Shown here piece after piece: positions 17,226 to 26,768 of a stretch of DNA of 32,000 nt. The position numbers and the translations under genes are program-made. Each line of letters opens with the position of its first letter. Positions within the stretch are counted from its first letter, which is position 1. The stretch comes from Candidatus Kuenenia stuttgartensis (GTDB lineage: Bacteria; Planctomycetota; Brocadiia; Brocadiales; Brocadiaceae), in assembly GCF_900232105.1 (NCBI RefSeq), contig NZ_LT934425.1, positions 1,500,001 to 1,532,000 on the forward strand. The letters are read 5' to 3'. The notes beneath the pieces are model-generated. The model ran no database searches, was not told where the DNA came from, and was given only the letters and a program-made list of their open reading frames with translations.

Positions 17226-17362
17226 TTCCGGTTTTTTTTTGTTGGGAGTAAACGTTTGGCATCTCCATACGACAATATACGTAATAAAGTAGGTTTTCGA
17301 AAATTCTCAATAAACAGAAAGCCTTGCAACGTTGTAAAGTTCAGGCATGAAGGTACATTGGA

Positions 17363-17405
17363 GACTCTGTATCAGTCGACAAATTTCAAATTGCAGATTG
17401 AGGAC
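17363..17405 (-). repeat. Mosaic repeat, module M4 copy
   Basis: The reverse complement GAGTCCTCAATCTGCAATTTGAAATTTGTCGACTGATACAGAG aligns with GAGTACTCAATCTGCCATTTGCCGATTGCCGACTACCGACAGAAG at 20705-20749. It starts directly after the HNH stop. Confidence 0.5.
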
Positions 17406-17768
17406 TCAGGATTGCAGACTGTCTTCTTGTTTGTTTTCTGGCTGTACCATATCCCCTTGCGGTGAGGCATTCTGTTGTTTCAATTTATTCAATACAATTT
17501 CAGCCGGTGTTAAGTACTTTTTCTTATTGTTACATTCCTTACAACACGGGACGATATTCCCCTTTGTGCTTCTACCACCCCTTGAAAGCGGTACTACATG
17601 GTCCATAGTAAGCTTATCGGGGGAGAATGTTTTCTGGCAATAATGACATATTCCCCGCGATATTTTGTTTAACCACCATTGCGTTTTTCGCATCTCCTGC
17701 GCCTTCAATTTTTCCCTGGCTATATGTTTTGGATCTTTCTCGATATGAATCCAGTCAGACATGTTCAA
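17406..17768 (-). CDS. Small HNH endonuclease-domain protein
   Basis: CHYC...MDHVVPLSRGGRSTKGNIVPCCKECNNKK is an HNH motif with a CxxC...CxxC zinc-finger arrangement. Confidence 0.8.
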   Translation of the reverse strand: MNMSDWIHIEKDPKHIAREKLKAQEMRKTQWWLNKISRGICHYCQKTFSPDKLTMDHVVPLSRGGRSTKGNIVPCCKECNNKKKYLTPAEIVLNKLKQQNASPQGDMVQPENKQEDSLQS

Positions 17769-17909
17769 TCTCTTTTTTTAAAGGTATTATGTTCATGCGA
17801 TAATAAATTATTGTTCTTATTATTATAGGTTTTTTTGGCTTACAAGGAAAGAGGGAACAAAAAACACATTGATCATCAAATTAAATGACCTGCCCGCAGA
17901 TAAAAATGC

Positions 17910-17939
17910 TTGAAGAATCATTGAATCCCCTGTTACAAT
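17910..17939 (+). promoter_or_regulatory. Candidate sigma-70 promoter for rfbA-rfbC
   Basis: The layout is TTGAAG (17910-17915), an 18-nt spacer, then TACAAT (17934-17939) preceded by TGT (extended -10). It lies 125 nt upstream of rfbA. Confidence 0.4.
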
Positions 17940-18064
17940 TCGGACACCACATTTGCCTGAAGGGCGACATCCTTCTTTTCGCTTTTTGAAAAATCTCAAT
18001 AAAATAAACATATAGCGTAACCATGCGCCCATTAGATTCATTATTTACCAAAGATTAAAATACC

Positions 18065-18955
18065 ATGAAAGGCATAATCCTCGCCGGAGGCTCCGGCACA
18101 CGGCTTTATCCCATTACAAGGGTGGTAAGCAAACAGCTTTTACCCGTTTTCGATAAACCGTTGATTTATTATCCCTTGTCGGCATTATTGCTGGCGGGAA
18201 TAAGGGAAATACTCATCATCTCTACCCCAAGAGATCTGCCGCAATTTAAAGAATTGCTCGGCGACGGTTCATCATTAAACATTTCGATTTGTTATGCAGA
18301 GCAACCCGCCCCGGAAGGTTTGGCGCAAGCCTTCATTATCGGGAAACCCTTTATCGGCAAGGACTCTGTCGCCCTTATCCTGGGGGACAACATTTTCTAT
18401 GGTCACGGGCTTCGTGAAATATTTAAAAACGCCACCCAAATCAAAAAAGGGGGATTAATCTTCGGGTATCACGTTCATGACCCTGAACGATACGGCGTTG
18501 TAGAATTCGACCAGAACGGAAAAGTCATCAGTATCGAAGAAAAACCCAAAAAACCTAAATCAAAATACGCTATCCCCGGCATATACTTCTACGACAACGA
18601 TGTAATCAAGATTGCTGAAAATCTTAAACCTTCCGCCAGGGGAGAACTGGAGATCACGGATGTGAATGTAACCTATTTAAAAAGAGGCGATCTTTGTGTA
18701 GAACTTTTAGGGAGGGGGTTCGCATGGCTTGACACCGGAACGCATGAATCACTCCAGCAGGCGTCCAGCTATGTCCAGGCAATACAGGAACGACAGGGAA
18801 TAAAAATCGCCTGTATCGAAGAACTCGCATACCGGTTGGGATACATTGACCGGGCGCAATTAAAAGCGCTTGCCCTTGATATGTTAAAAAATGATTATGG
18901 ACGTTATATCATGGCAGTCATTGAAGAAGAGGAGATAAAAGAATATGCCCTGTGA
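18065..18955 (+). CDS. rfbA: Glucose-1-phosphate thymidylyltransferase
   Basis: [18 protein letters not shown] and the full-length RmlA-like sequence ([32 protein letters not shown]). Confidence 0.93.
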   Translation: MKGIILAGGSGTRLYPITRVVSKQLLPVFDKPLIYYPLSALLLAGIREILIISTPRDLPQFKELLGDGSSLNISICYAEQPAPEGLAQAFIIGKPFIGKDSVALILGDNIFYGHGLREIFKNATQIKKGGLIFGYHVHDPERYGVVEFDQNGKVISIEEKPKKPKSKYAIPGIYFYDNDVIKIAENLKPSARGELEITDVNVTYLKRGDLCVELLGRGFAWLDTGTHESLQQASSYVQAIQERQGIKIACIEELAYRLGYIDRAQLKALALDMLKNDYGRYIMAVIEEEEIKEYAL

Positions 18956-19508
18956 ATTTGCAAAGACCGCCTTGCCGGAGGTTGTGCTCATCAAGCCGCA
19001 GGTTTTCAGAGACGATAGAGGGTTTTTCCTGGAAACCTTTCACAAAAATAAATACGCGGAAGTGGGAATTTCTGGCAATTTTGTACAGGATAATCACTCT
19101 TACTCTAAAAAAAATACGCTAAGAGGCCTGCACTACCAACTCTTGCATCCGCAGGGAAAACTTGTCTATGTTATCTCCGGAGAAATTTTTGACGTCGCGG
19201 TGGACATCCGGAGGGGATCTCCCTCTTTTGGAAAATGGACAGGCGTCCATTTATCCGCTGAAAACAAATACCAATTGTATATCCCCGAAGGATTCGCACA
19301 TGGTTTTCTGGTCCTGAGCGAAACGGCAGACGTATTATACAAGTGTACGGAAATTTACACGCCCGACGATGATTATGGTATCCTCTGGTCGGACCCAGCG
19401 ATAAACATAACGTGGCAATCCTCTTCGCCAATCCTCTCAAAAAAAGACCAGGAATACCAAACATTAAAGAACATACCGGAAACGCTTTTGCCGTTATACA
19501 AAAAATAA
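18945..19508 (+). CDS. rfbC: dTDP-4-dehydrorhamnose 3,5-epimerase
   Basis: RmlC cupin motifs are present: [46 protein letters not shown]. It overlaps the rfbA end by 11 nt. Confidence 0.92.
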   Translation: MPCEFAKTALPEVVLIKPQVFRDDRGFFLETFHKNKYAEVGISGNFVQDNHSYSKKNTLRGLHYQLLHPQGKLVYVISGEIFDVAVDIRRGSPSFGKWTGVHLSAENKYQLYIPEGFAHGFLVLSETADVLYKCTEIYTPDDDYGILWSDPAINITWQSSSPILSKKDQEYQTLKNIPETLLPLYKK

Positions 19509-19546
19509 GATGCCATCGGAGGCTTCAGCTTTCTCGATAAAAAAAG

Positions 19547-19579
19547 ATTGAAACCACAGATTGCATAAATTTCACAGAG
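19547..19579 (+). repeat. Mosaic repeat, module M3 copy (GATTGAAACCACAGATTGCATAAATTTCACAGAG)
   Basis: It shares the AACCACAGATT.CA core with 12241-12270 and 24497-24515. Confidence 0.5.
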
Positions 19580-19723
19580 TATTTTTATGGTACACGGCAA
19601 TAGGAGGAATTTAACGGTGAAATGTTTCCATGATGATACAACAACCATATTTTAATGCTATTAACCCTATAAAACTTACGCTCTCGTTCATAAGTAGCGT
19701 TTTTTAAAGAGGTGGATTAACCT

Positions 19724-20680
19724 ATGATTCTCTTACAATCTCTCTTATTTTGTGCCGGCATTGCCGCTCTTTATTTTGGCGCCGAATGGCTTGTCAAAGG
19801 GGCGTCGCGATTCGCGTATTTTCTTAATATTAAACCTATTATCATCGGTCTTACCATTATTGCCTTTGGCACATCTGCTCCTGAACTCGTTACAGGAATT
19901 ATTTCCGGGATAAGAAATTTAAATGACATCGCAATAGGGAACGTCATTGGAAGCAATATCGCCAACGTTGGACTGGTACTTGGGGTAACCGCAATAATCC
20001 TTCCACTGAAAGTGGAAATGAACCTCCTCCGCAGGGAAATCCCAATTATTATAGGCATTTCAGGCCTTTTGTATCTGATGTGCAGAAACGGCATTCTTAG
20101 CCGTTGGGAAGGCGGCCTGCTGGTGGTGGGGATTGTAGTCTATACCTGCTATATTTCCCGGAGTGCCAAAAAAGAATCAAAGGTAATCGAGGAGGAATTT
20201 GCAGATTTTATTAGCAAAAAAAACACACTTTCTCTCGATATTTTGTTCATGTTTATCGGCCTTACAACGCTTATCGGGGGCGCACACCTGCTGGTGAATT
20301 CTGCAATTTATCTGGCGCGCAACTTTGGCATAAGCGAACTCGTTGTTGGTCTTTCCGTTGTTGCGGTAGGTACTTCTCTTCCGGAATTGGCAATATCAAC
20401 CGTTGCTGCTTTTCGGAAAGAATCGGATATCTGCGTAGGCAACGTGCTGGGAAGCAATATTTATAATATTCTCGCGGTGCTTGGAATCACCGCTATTATA
20501 CACCCGCTGCAGATTAATACCTCTTCTTTGCAATTTGATATGCCGGTTATGATCGTCTTCAGCCTTCTGCTTATTCCCATGATTATGAGAAAGTTTATAC
20601 TTACCAGGTGGGAAGGTGTTTTTTTACTGGTTGGATATATTTTTTATATGATAGCTATTTACAAAAAATGTATCTTTTAA
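19724..20680 (+). CDS. Ca2+/Na+ antiporter (CaCA family, YrbG-like)
   Basis: It has about ten TM helices and two alpha-repeats, GNVIGSNIANVGLVLG and GNVLGSNIYNILAVLG. Confidence 0.88.
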   Translation: MILLQSLLFCAGIAALYFGAEWLVKGASRFAYFLNIKPIIIGLTIIAFGTSAPELVTGIISGIRNLNDIAIGNVIGSNIANVGLVLGVTAIILPLKVEMNLLRREIPIIIGISGLLYLMCRNGILSRWEGGLLVVGIVVYTCYISRSAKKESKVIEEEFADFISKKNTLSLDILFMFIGLTTLIGGAHLLVNSAIYLARNFGISELVVGLSVVAVGTSLPELAISTVAAFRKESDICVGNVLGSNIYNILAVLGITAIIHPLQINTSSLQFDMPVMIVFSLLLIPMIMRKFILTRWEGVFLLVGYIFYMIAIYKKCIF

Positions 20681-20682
20681 AT

Positions 20683-20768
20683 CCCTAAGCTGGCAAACAT
20701 TCGGGAGTACTCAATCTGCCATTTGCCGATTGCCGACTACCGACAGAAGAAAGGTACTACTGTTCACC
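20683..20768 (+). repeat. Mosaic repeat, modules M1-M4-M5
   Basis: It reads CCCTAAGCTGGCAAAC...CTCAATCTGCCATTTGCCGATTGCCGACTACCGAC...AAAGGTACTACTG. It begins 2 nt after the antiporter stop and fills the convergent gap to waaF. Confidence 0.6.
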
Positions 20769-20785
20769 TGTAATTGTCATTTCTT

Positions 20786-21859
20786 CTAAAGGTAGTGGCG
20801 AAGCACTTCCAGGCTTACCCCTGCAACCCTTTCCGGTTTTATTTGGGTCATGCATCTGTGGTCTTTCGGACAAACCTTTAATTGACATGCAAGGCAATCC
20901 ACCTCCGCACGTATCACCTCTCCTGTTTCTTCAGGAGAACATGTGTATCGCGGGTCATTTGGCCCCATTAGCGTAATAACGGGTTTTTTAAAAGCCACTG
21001 CTATGTGCCTTGGCCCGGAATCAACGGAAATCAACAAATCACATCGTTGAATAATTGATTTTAAAATTTCCAGGTCAAGCGCTCTGTCTGCTAAATTTAT
21101 TATCTTTGATTTTGCTTTCTCTTTGATATCTTCGCCTAATTTCACCTCATGAGGGGCGCACACAACAGCAATATTGCTTCTAATTTTTGACTGGATAATA
21201 TCAGCCGTTCTGGCAAATCCTTCTGCCGTCCAGCATTTTGAAGACCCATAGGCCGCACCTGGATTTAAGAGAATAAGTGGTCTTCCATTGTTAAAGCCAT
21301 ATTCCTCAAACATTTCCGCAGTACATTTCTGCCCCCGTTCGGTTACAAACAACTCCAGCTTCTTTGAGCGTACAGCGCATCCGATTTCAGAACATAACCG
21401 TAAGTAATACTCTGTCATATATGTCGGCAAAAACCTTCCATTTTCCATTAACCGGTTGACCCCATCGGTTAACAGAAAACCGCGGGCATCTCTTTTATAA
21501 CCAATACGGCGCTTTACACCCGCCAGCCGGAATAGTAACGCAGAACTGAATGAATTGGGGAATAAAAACCCCAGGTCATACCGATTCCTTCGTATTTGCA
21601 TAACGAGAGAAACATATCCCATGTATTTTACCTGTGAGTTATGCGAATCAGTCTCCACTATTTCATCGAACCACGGAGTGTTATCGATTAATCTCCTGAC
21701 GTATGGTTTTAAGAGAATGGTTATTTTTGCGCGGGGAAAGTTTTCACGAATACACCTAAACGCGGGAGTGGCCATAACCACGTCGCCAACCCAGTTTGGA
21801 GATCTGATAATTATTTTGTTTACCGCATCGGCGATAGTTTCATTTCTCTTTCGTATCAT
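20786..21859 (-). CDS. waaF: ADP-heptose:LPS heptosyltransferase II (GT9)
   Basis: It has KIIIRSPNWVGDVVMATPAFRCIRENFP, the GT9 fold pattern, and the C-terminal cysteine cluster CLACQLKVCPKDHRCM. Confidence 0.8.
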   Translation of the reverse strand: MIRKRNETIADAVNKIIIRSPNWVGDVVMATPAFRCIRENFPRAKITILLKPYVRRLIDNTPWFDEIVETDSHNSQVKYMGYVSLVMQIRRNRYDLGFLFPNSFSSALLFRLAGVKRRIGYKRDARGFLLTDGVNRLMENGRFLPTYMTEYYLRLCSEIGCAVRSKKLELFVTERGQKCTAEMFEEYGFNNGRPLILLNPGAAYGSSKCWTAEGFARTADIIQSKIRSNIAVVCAPHEVKLGEDIKEKAKSKIINLADRALDLEILKSIIQRCDLLISVDSGPRHIAVAFKKPVITLMGPNDPRYTCSPEETGEVIRAEVDCLACQLKVCPKDHRCMTQIKPERVAGVSLEVLRHYL

Positions 21860-21911
21860 AATTTCTGCTCACTGCCCAAAAAGTATTGAAAAGCACGCGT
21901 TCTTTTTTCTG

Positions 21912-21940
21912 TTGACATGTCCCTTTAATGCGATATTAAT
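21912..21940 (+). promoter_or_regulatory. Candidate sigma-70 promoter facing the sensor kinase
   Basis: TTGACA (21912-21917) is followed by a 16-17-nt spacer and then TATTAAT (21934-21940). It would give a ~400-nt leader containing the 58-nt repeat and the 28-bp palindrome. Confidence 0.35.
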
Positions 21941-22032
21941 ATGTGCAGGGTATTTCCTGCCAATTTACCAATAACAAATATGTTTAAACAAAAAACCAGC
22001 CACCCGGTGGGGGGATGTCCGATTCTTAAATT

Positions 22033-22090
22033 AGGTTGGGTTTTTAAAAGACAAAGATCCAATGACATTAATTTTTACCCACCACTTAAT
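22033..22090 (+). repeat. 58-nt repeat, copy X
   Basis: AGGTTGGGTTTTTAAAAGACAAAGATCCAATGACATTAATTTTTACCCACCACTTAAT matches the reverse complement of 12943-13000 at about 48 of 58 positions. Confidence 0.7.
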
Positions 22091-22114
22091 ACCCTCCCAA
22101 GAAGGGAATTTAAT

Positions 22115-22142
22115 GCAGAGACGCACGGCCGTGCGTCTCTGC
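22115..22142. repeat. Perfect 28-bp palindrome GCAGAGACGCACGG|CCGTGCGTCTCTGC
   Basis: I read it directly. The two 14-nt halves are exact reverse complements and form a GC-rich island in an AT-rich spacer. Confidence 0.9.
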
Positions 22143-22344
22143 TAATCAATGCCTTACGGTTATGCATCTTGAAAAACGAGCATAAAAAACAAGAAGTTGA
22201 TGGATAGTAGTACGAAGAAAGATTTGCAAAAAGAAGTTTTTACAGGGCAATATATATGACATGCACAATCCGTAGTTGCCCTTTTTTAAAGAATTATACA
22301 TTTTTTGTCACACTTTTATAGGGATAAAATCTCCAAACACGCCT

Positions 22345-24471
22345 ATGCCTCTTTATGAAATTATTTCCATTATTGGTTTCATCGTGGGAACGATTCTTCA
22401 CATCGTTTTATCCGTACTCATTGGGCAGCGAAGACACAAGAAGAGAAGTGAATTTATTTTTCAGTTTCTTGTTATTAGTGTCGCAATGTGGCATTTAGGG
22501 AATACCGTTTATCTCTTTAGTTCTATTTTGTTCGACAAAAATCTCTTCCCGGTAAATTTCATTGCTGACGCAATTTCGTATGCCGGCATTGGGCTTATGC
22601 CCAGCTTATTGCTTCATACCGCCATTTCATTTTTATATGAAAACGGTTTTACGATAAGAAGGTCCTTGCAGAAGCTTATTTTAATTGCAATATATTTTCC
22701 CGTTCTCCCCTTTTCATTCGTTATAAAAAAATTCATCCGCCTGGAAGAATCTTATTTGGTCGCCCATAGCCAGCTTGTAAAGCCGTTTATCGTCTGGCTG
22801 ATAGTAGCATTGCTTATTTCTGCGTACATCTCCAAATGGCTGGCAAAAAATGCAGAAGAAAAAGAGGAACAAAAATTCCTTATGGCTATTTTCTGGGTAT
22901 TGATAACCATAGCGGTTTTCATTGGATTTACCGTAATCCTCGAAGGCAGGAAAATAGCTTATATCGGCGACTATCTGGTGCTTGTCTCCATGTTATCTTC
23001 CATTTTTCCCAGCATCGTCTTTTCCTATTACGTTTATCGCTATAATTATATGGAATTTGTTTTAAGAAGGAGTATTTTTTACTCTTTCCTCACCTTTGTC
23101 ATCATCTGTCTCTACTATTTCGGAATAAAGCAATTTAGCAAGTTTATGGAAATAAAGTATGCAATACATTCCAAAACACTGGAGGCGGTCTTTGTAATAA
23201 ACCTTGTTTTCTGGTTTCCAACAATTAAAGAAAAGTCTCAAAAACTTTTCAGGAAGATACTCTTTTTTCGAAGCTCGGATACGGAGTATCTTTTAAACGA
23301 ATTAAATCATGTCATAAGCACAGACCCTCTTGTCAACATCACGGCACTCCTTGAAAATGTTGTCTTTTCTATTAAAAAAGCGACCTCGATTAAAACAATA
23401 AACCTCGTTCTCATTAAAAAGAACAGGATTCAAATCATCGGAGACAAAAAAAATGACGTTATTGCACTTGCAAATTTGCATAATATTATACAATTTTATT
23501 CATCGGGAGAGCTTGTGGAATTAAACCGATATGAAGTAAAGGACGCTGCCGTCATTAGTGAAATGCGGTTATTGGAGGCTATTTTTATCTTTCCTGTCTT
23601 TGTAAAAAGAAGGCTGAAAGGGATATTGTGTATGGGCAGGGCAAAACGCGGTATGCCGATCGCCTCTGATAATTTAGATCAATTAATGATTATTGCAAAC
23701 GAGATTGGTTCCGCGCTTGAAAAATCAAAGATCATCGAAGAAAAACTTTTTCTTGAGAGAAAAATGCTAGAAAACGAAAAATTATCCAGTCTCGGACGCC
23801 TCTCTACAAGCGTTGCCCATGAAGTAAAAAATCCCCTTAGTTCCATAAAGGCTATCGTCCAGGCAATGTGCGAAGATTTAGAAAAGGAGCATCCTTTACA
23901 AAAAGACCTTGATATCATTGTCGGTGAAATCGACCGGCTGAACAAAGTGGTAAACCAATTGCTTCTCTATGCAAAGCCCAGTGGGAACATGCAGGAACAT
24001 GTGAAAATAAAAGAGGTTATTGATTCAACACTGGTAGTGCTAAACCATGAGGCGAGGCAAAACAATATTGCGATATTATGTAATATTTCTGAAGCACTTC
24101 CACTTATATATGCTGATAAAGCCGCATTAAAGGAGGTATTTTTCAATCTTATCCATAATGCCATTCAGGCAACCCCTCCCAATGGAAAAATCTCCATCGA
24201 TGCAGACCTCATTCCAACAAAGCATTTTATTCAGATAAAAGTCACGGATACCGGGCACGGCATACCGCAGGATTCTCTGCAAAAGATATTTGATCCATTT
24301 TTTACTACGAAACAGACGGGAACCGGCTTAGGGCTTTCCGTTGTTAAAAAGAAATTAGAGGACATGCACGCCACCATTCATGTTGAAAGCAATGGGGACG
24401 GAACAACCTTTGTTATAGACGTCCCATTCGAGCAAATGCAACCCCAAGCTGGCATAGGCGAAGACAAATAA
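22345..24471 (+). CDS. Sensor histidine kinase with polytopic N-terminal membrane domain
   Basis: It has multiple TM helices over the first ~300 aa. The H-box is SVAHEVKNPLSSI, the N-box FFNLIHNAIQA, G1 DTGHGIP and G2 GTGLGLSVV. I prefer the ATG at 22345 over the TTG at 22276. Confidence 0.85.
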   Translation: MPLYEIISIIGFIVGTILHIVLSVLIGQRRHKKRSEFIFQFLVISVAMWHLGNTVYLFSSILFDKNLFPVNFIADAISYAGIGLMPSLLLHTAISFLYENGFTIRRSLQKLILIAIYFPVLPFSFVIKKFIRLEESYLVAHSQLVKPFIVWLIVALLISAYISKWLAKNAEEKEEQKFLMAIFWVLITIAVFIGFTVILEGRKIAYIGDYLVLVSMLSSIFPSIVFSYYVYRYNYMEFVLRRSIFYSFLTFVIICLYYFGIKQFSKFMEIKYAIHSKTLEAVFVINLVFWFPTIKEKSQKLFRKILFFRSSDTEYLLNELNHVISTDPLVNITALLENVVFSIKKATSIKTINLVLIKKNRIQIIGDKKNDVIALANLHNIIQFYSSGELVELNRYEVKDAAVISEMRLLEAIFIFPVFVKRRLKGILCMGRAKRGMPIASDNLDQLMIIANEIGSALEKSKIIEEKLFLERKMLENEKLSSLGRLSTSVAHEVKNPLSSIKAIVQAMCEDLEKEHPLQKDLDIIVGEIDRLNKVVNQLLLYAKPSGNMQEHVKIKEVIDSTLVVLNHEARQNNIAILCNISEALPLIYADKAALKEVFFNLIHNAIQATPPNGKISIDADLIPTKHFIQIKVTDTGHGIPQDSLQKIFDPFFTTKQTGTGLGLSVVKKKLEDMHATIHVESNGDGTTFVIDVPFEQMQPQAGIGEDK

Positions 24472-24560
24472 ACAAGAAAGGCGAAATACGAAACAAGAAC
24501 CACAGATTACACAGCACTTCGTCATAAGCTCAGTCGAACGATTGCATAGATTTAAAAAAA
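24443..24560 (+). repeat. Mosaic repeat, modules M1-M2-M3, overlapping the kinase 3' end
   Basis: It reads CCCCAAGCTGGCATAGGCGAAGACAAATAAACAAG..GCGAAATACGAAACAAGAACCACAGATTACACAG...GATTGCATAGATTT. The first ~29 nt encode the last residues (PQAGIGEDK*) of the kinase. Confidence 0.6.
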
Positions 24561-24649
24561 ATCGTCACAAGCCTGCAATTAACCGATTTCACTATTAAAT
24601 ATTTTGAGAAAAAGTGCCGGGAAATTACTGATAAGGTACTACTATTATT

Positions 24650-26062
24650 ATGACAACAAAGGAAACCATGCACACAAATTCTATCTTAATCGTCGATGAT
24701 GAAAAAGCTGCACGCTACGGCATGAAAAAGATTTTACAAAGGGACCACGGTTCCATCTTTGAAGCAACAAACGGCATAGATGTTTTACAAAAAATACATA
24801 CGTTGCAGCCAGCCCTTATATTTTTAGATATAAATATGCCTCAGCTCGACGGACTAAAAACGCTTGAAAAGATACGTGAAATGAAACATCCCCCGCTTGT
24901 GGTTATCGTTACGGCGCACGGTTCGGAAAAGATTGCCGTGGAGGCCATGAAAAAGGGCGCATACGATTACATAGCAAAGCCTTACGAAATGGAAGAACTA
25001 CGCATTATCACCAGGAACGCGCTGGAGAAAATAGCTCTTCAGGAAGAAAATACCCGCTTGCGCATGGAGATTGGAATGCTTGAGGGATATGGAGAGCTTC
25101 TCGGCCAAAGCAAGATCATGCAGGAGGTTTTTGACCGGATAGAAAAAGTAGTTACCGCTGATGTTACGGTACTGCTTCAGGGAGAGAGCGGCAGTGGTAA
25201 AGAACTTGCGGCGCATGAGATTCACCGGAGGAGCAAAAGGAAAAACGGTCCGTTTATTGTGATGAATTGCGCTGCCGTGCCGGAAACGCTTATTGAAAGC
25301 GAGCTTTTCGGGCATGAAAGGGGATCCTTTACCGGCGCAACAGAAAGGCGCATGGGTAAATTTGAGATGGCAAATAATGGCACTATTCTGCTGGATGAAA
25401 TAGGGGATATGAGCCTCAGCACACAATCAAAACTCCTGCGGGTACTGCAGGAACAAAAATTTGAACGTCTGGGCGGCACGGAAACACTGGCGGTTGATGT
25501 AAGAATCATCAGCGCCACCCACCGCGACCTGGAAGAGGAAATAGAAGAAGGCCGGTTCAGAGAAGATTTATACTATAGAATAAATGTCGTAAATATAAAA
25601 ATTCCGCCGTTAAGAAAGAGAAAAGAAGACATACCATTGCTGGTAAACCGGTTCATACAACATTTCAGTAAAAAACATTATAAAAATGTTGTTTCTATTT
25701 CAAATGACGCCATGAAAAAACTTAGTGCATACAATTGGCCGGGAAACATTCGTCAGTTAAAGAACACCATAGAAAGCGCCATAGTTCTTACAAACAACGA
25801 TGTTCTTGATATTTCAGACCTCTCTGAAGACATAATACGGGAGGAAAAAACCCCGGATTCAACAAAAAATGTACATTACCATCTCTCATTTCGTGAAGCG
25901 AAAAAGATCCTTATTGAAAATTTCGAGAAGGATTTTATCAGTAAGAAACTTGAGGAATGCGGTGGCAATATCAGCCATACGGCAGAGGCATTAGACATGC
26001 ACCGTCAAAATCTGCAGCAAAAAATAAAAGATTTACAGCTAAATAAAGATATCAAAGAATGA
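24650..26062 (+). CDS. Sigma-54-dependent response regulator (NtrC/AtoC family)
   Basis: The REC domain has ILIVDDE and FLDINMPQLDG. The AAA+ domain has Walker A GESGSGKE, the sigma-54 contact loop GSFTGA (a GAFTGA variant) and Walker B ILLDEIGDM. The C-terminal Fis-type HTH is GGNISHTAEALDMHRQNLQQKIK. Confidence 0.92.
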   Translation: MTTKETMHTNSILIVDDEKAARYGMKKILQRDHGSIFEATNGIDVLQKIHTLQPALIFLDINMPQLDGLKTLEKIREMKHPPLVVIVTAHGSEKIAVEAMKKGAYDYIAKPYEMEELRIITRNALEKIALQEENTRLRMEIGMLEGYGELLGQSKIMQEVFDRIEKVVTADVTVLLQGESGSGKELAAHEIHRRSKRKNGPFIVMNCAAVPETLIESELFGHERGSFTGATERRMGKFEMANNGTILLDEIGDMSLSTQSKLLRVLQEQKFERLGGTETLAVDVRIISATHRDLEEEIEEGRFREDLYYRINVVNIKIPPLRKRKEDIPLLVNRFIQHFSKKHYKNVVSISNDAMKKLSAYNWPGNIRQLKNTIESAIVLTNNDVLDISDLSEDIIREEKTPDSTKNVHYHLSFREAKKILIENFEKDFISKKLEECGGNISHTAEALDMHRQNLQQKIKDLQLNKDIKE

Positions 26063-26123
26063 AATGAGTGTATGGGTCGAAAGACAAACAGTAATATCAT
26101 CATGATGAATCGGCCGGACAAAA

Positions 26124-26768
26124 TCATTTCCGGTTTTTGTCAAAGTAGGGAAATGCCGTTAAAAGCAACGATTCTATTTCATCGGACATTGTATTAAACT
26201 CGTACAAATTTGGTTCTTTGGCGCCGGCGCCGAGGAATCCGGCACTGCCAATAGTGTCTCGTAAACCTGAAAATCTTTCTATAATCTCCTTGTGCAGTGA
26301 AGTAGCATGCCTTTCGTCATAAGCCAGGACATTTCCTGCCAGCAAGGCAGTATAATACTCTTCTGCTAATCGAAGCCGTACTTTTGCACGAACAAAAATT
26401 TTCAGTAGTTCTTTTTTGTTGTAATAAAACTTTTCCTTTATTGCAAAAAAAACGAGCGTTGCCATTTGATTGCACAAATTGCGGAAATCCTGCTCTCGTA
26501 ATGTAACAGCAAACAGGGGTTTAAAGTCTATATTAAACAGAGTATTAATGTCATTTATACGATCAGTAATATTTTCAATCTCGTTTTGAACCATTAGCCA
26601 ATTATCTTGTTTCCCGTGAAAAATGATCGCCTTAAAAGTCGTAATCAAAGGGTCTTCTTCCCTTTTGTAACCATAACTATAAGCCGTTTTCCCGGTTGAT
26701 AAAACAATACCGGCAAAAAAACACAAATAAATAATAACTATTTTTATCATACATTCCCCTATCTTCAT
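26124..26768 (-). CDS. Hypothetical exported protein
   Basis: 214-aa ORF with an N-terminal hydrophobic signal-like segment (MIKIVIIYLCFFAGIVLS; an alternative start is at 26750). I recognise no family. Confidence 0.5.
   Translation of the reverse strand: MKIGECMIKIVIIYLCFFAGIVLSTGKTAYSYGYKREEDPLITTFKAIIFHGKQDNWLMVQNEIENITDRINDINTLFNIDFKPLFAVTLREQDFRNLCNQMATLVFFAIKEKFYYNKKELLKIFVRAKVRLRLAEEYYTALLAGNVLAYDERHATSLHKEIIERFSGLRDTIGSAGFLGAGAKEPNLYEFNTMSDEIESLLLTAFPYFDKNRK

Noticed and set aside
17823-18041. 72-aa minus-strand ORF upstream of rfbA
   Set aside because: It covers the predicted rfbA promoter region. It has no motifs and no ribosome-binding site, and its product looks like unstructured basic sequence.
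19676-19712. ACGCT...AGCGT hairpin followed by TTTTTT downstream of rfbC
   Set aside because: The stem is only 5 bp with a 13-nt loop. That is insufficient to call an intrinsic terminator.
21941-22207. 88-aa plus-strand ORF in the waaF/kinase spacer
   Set aside because: It reads straight through the 58-nt repeat and the 28-bp palindrome (AETHGRASLL). It is most likely a by-product of repeat sequence.
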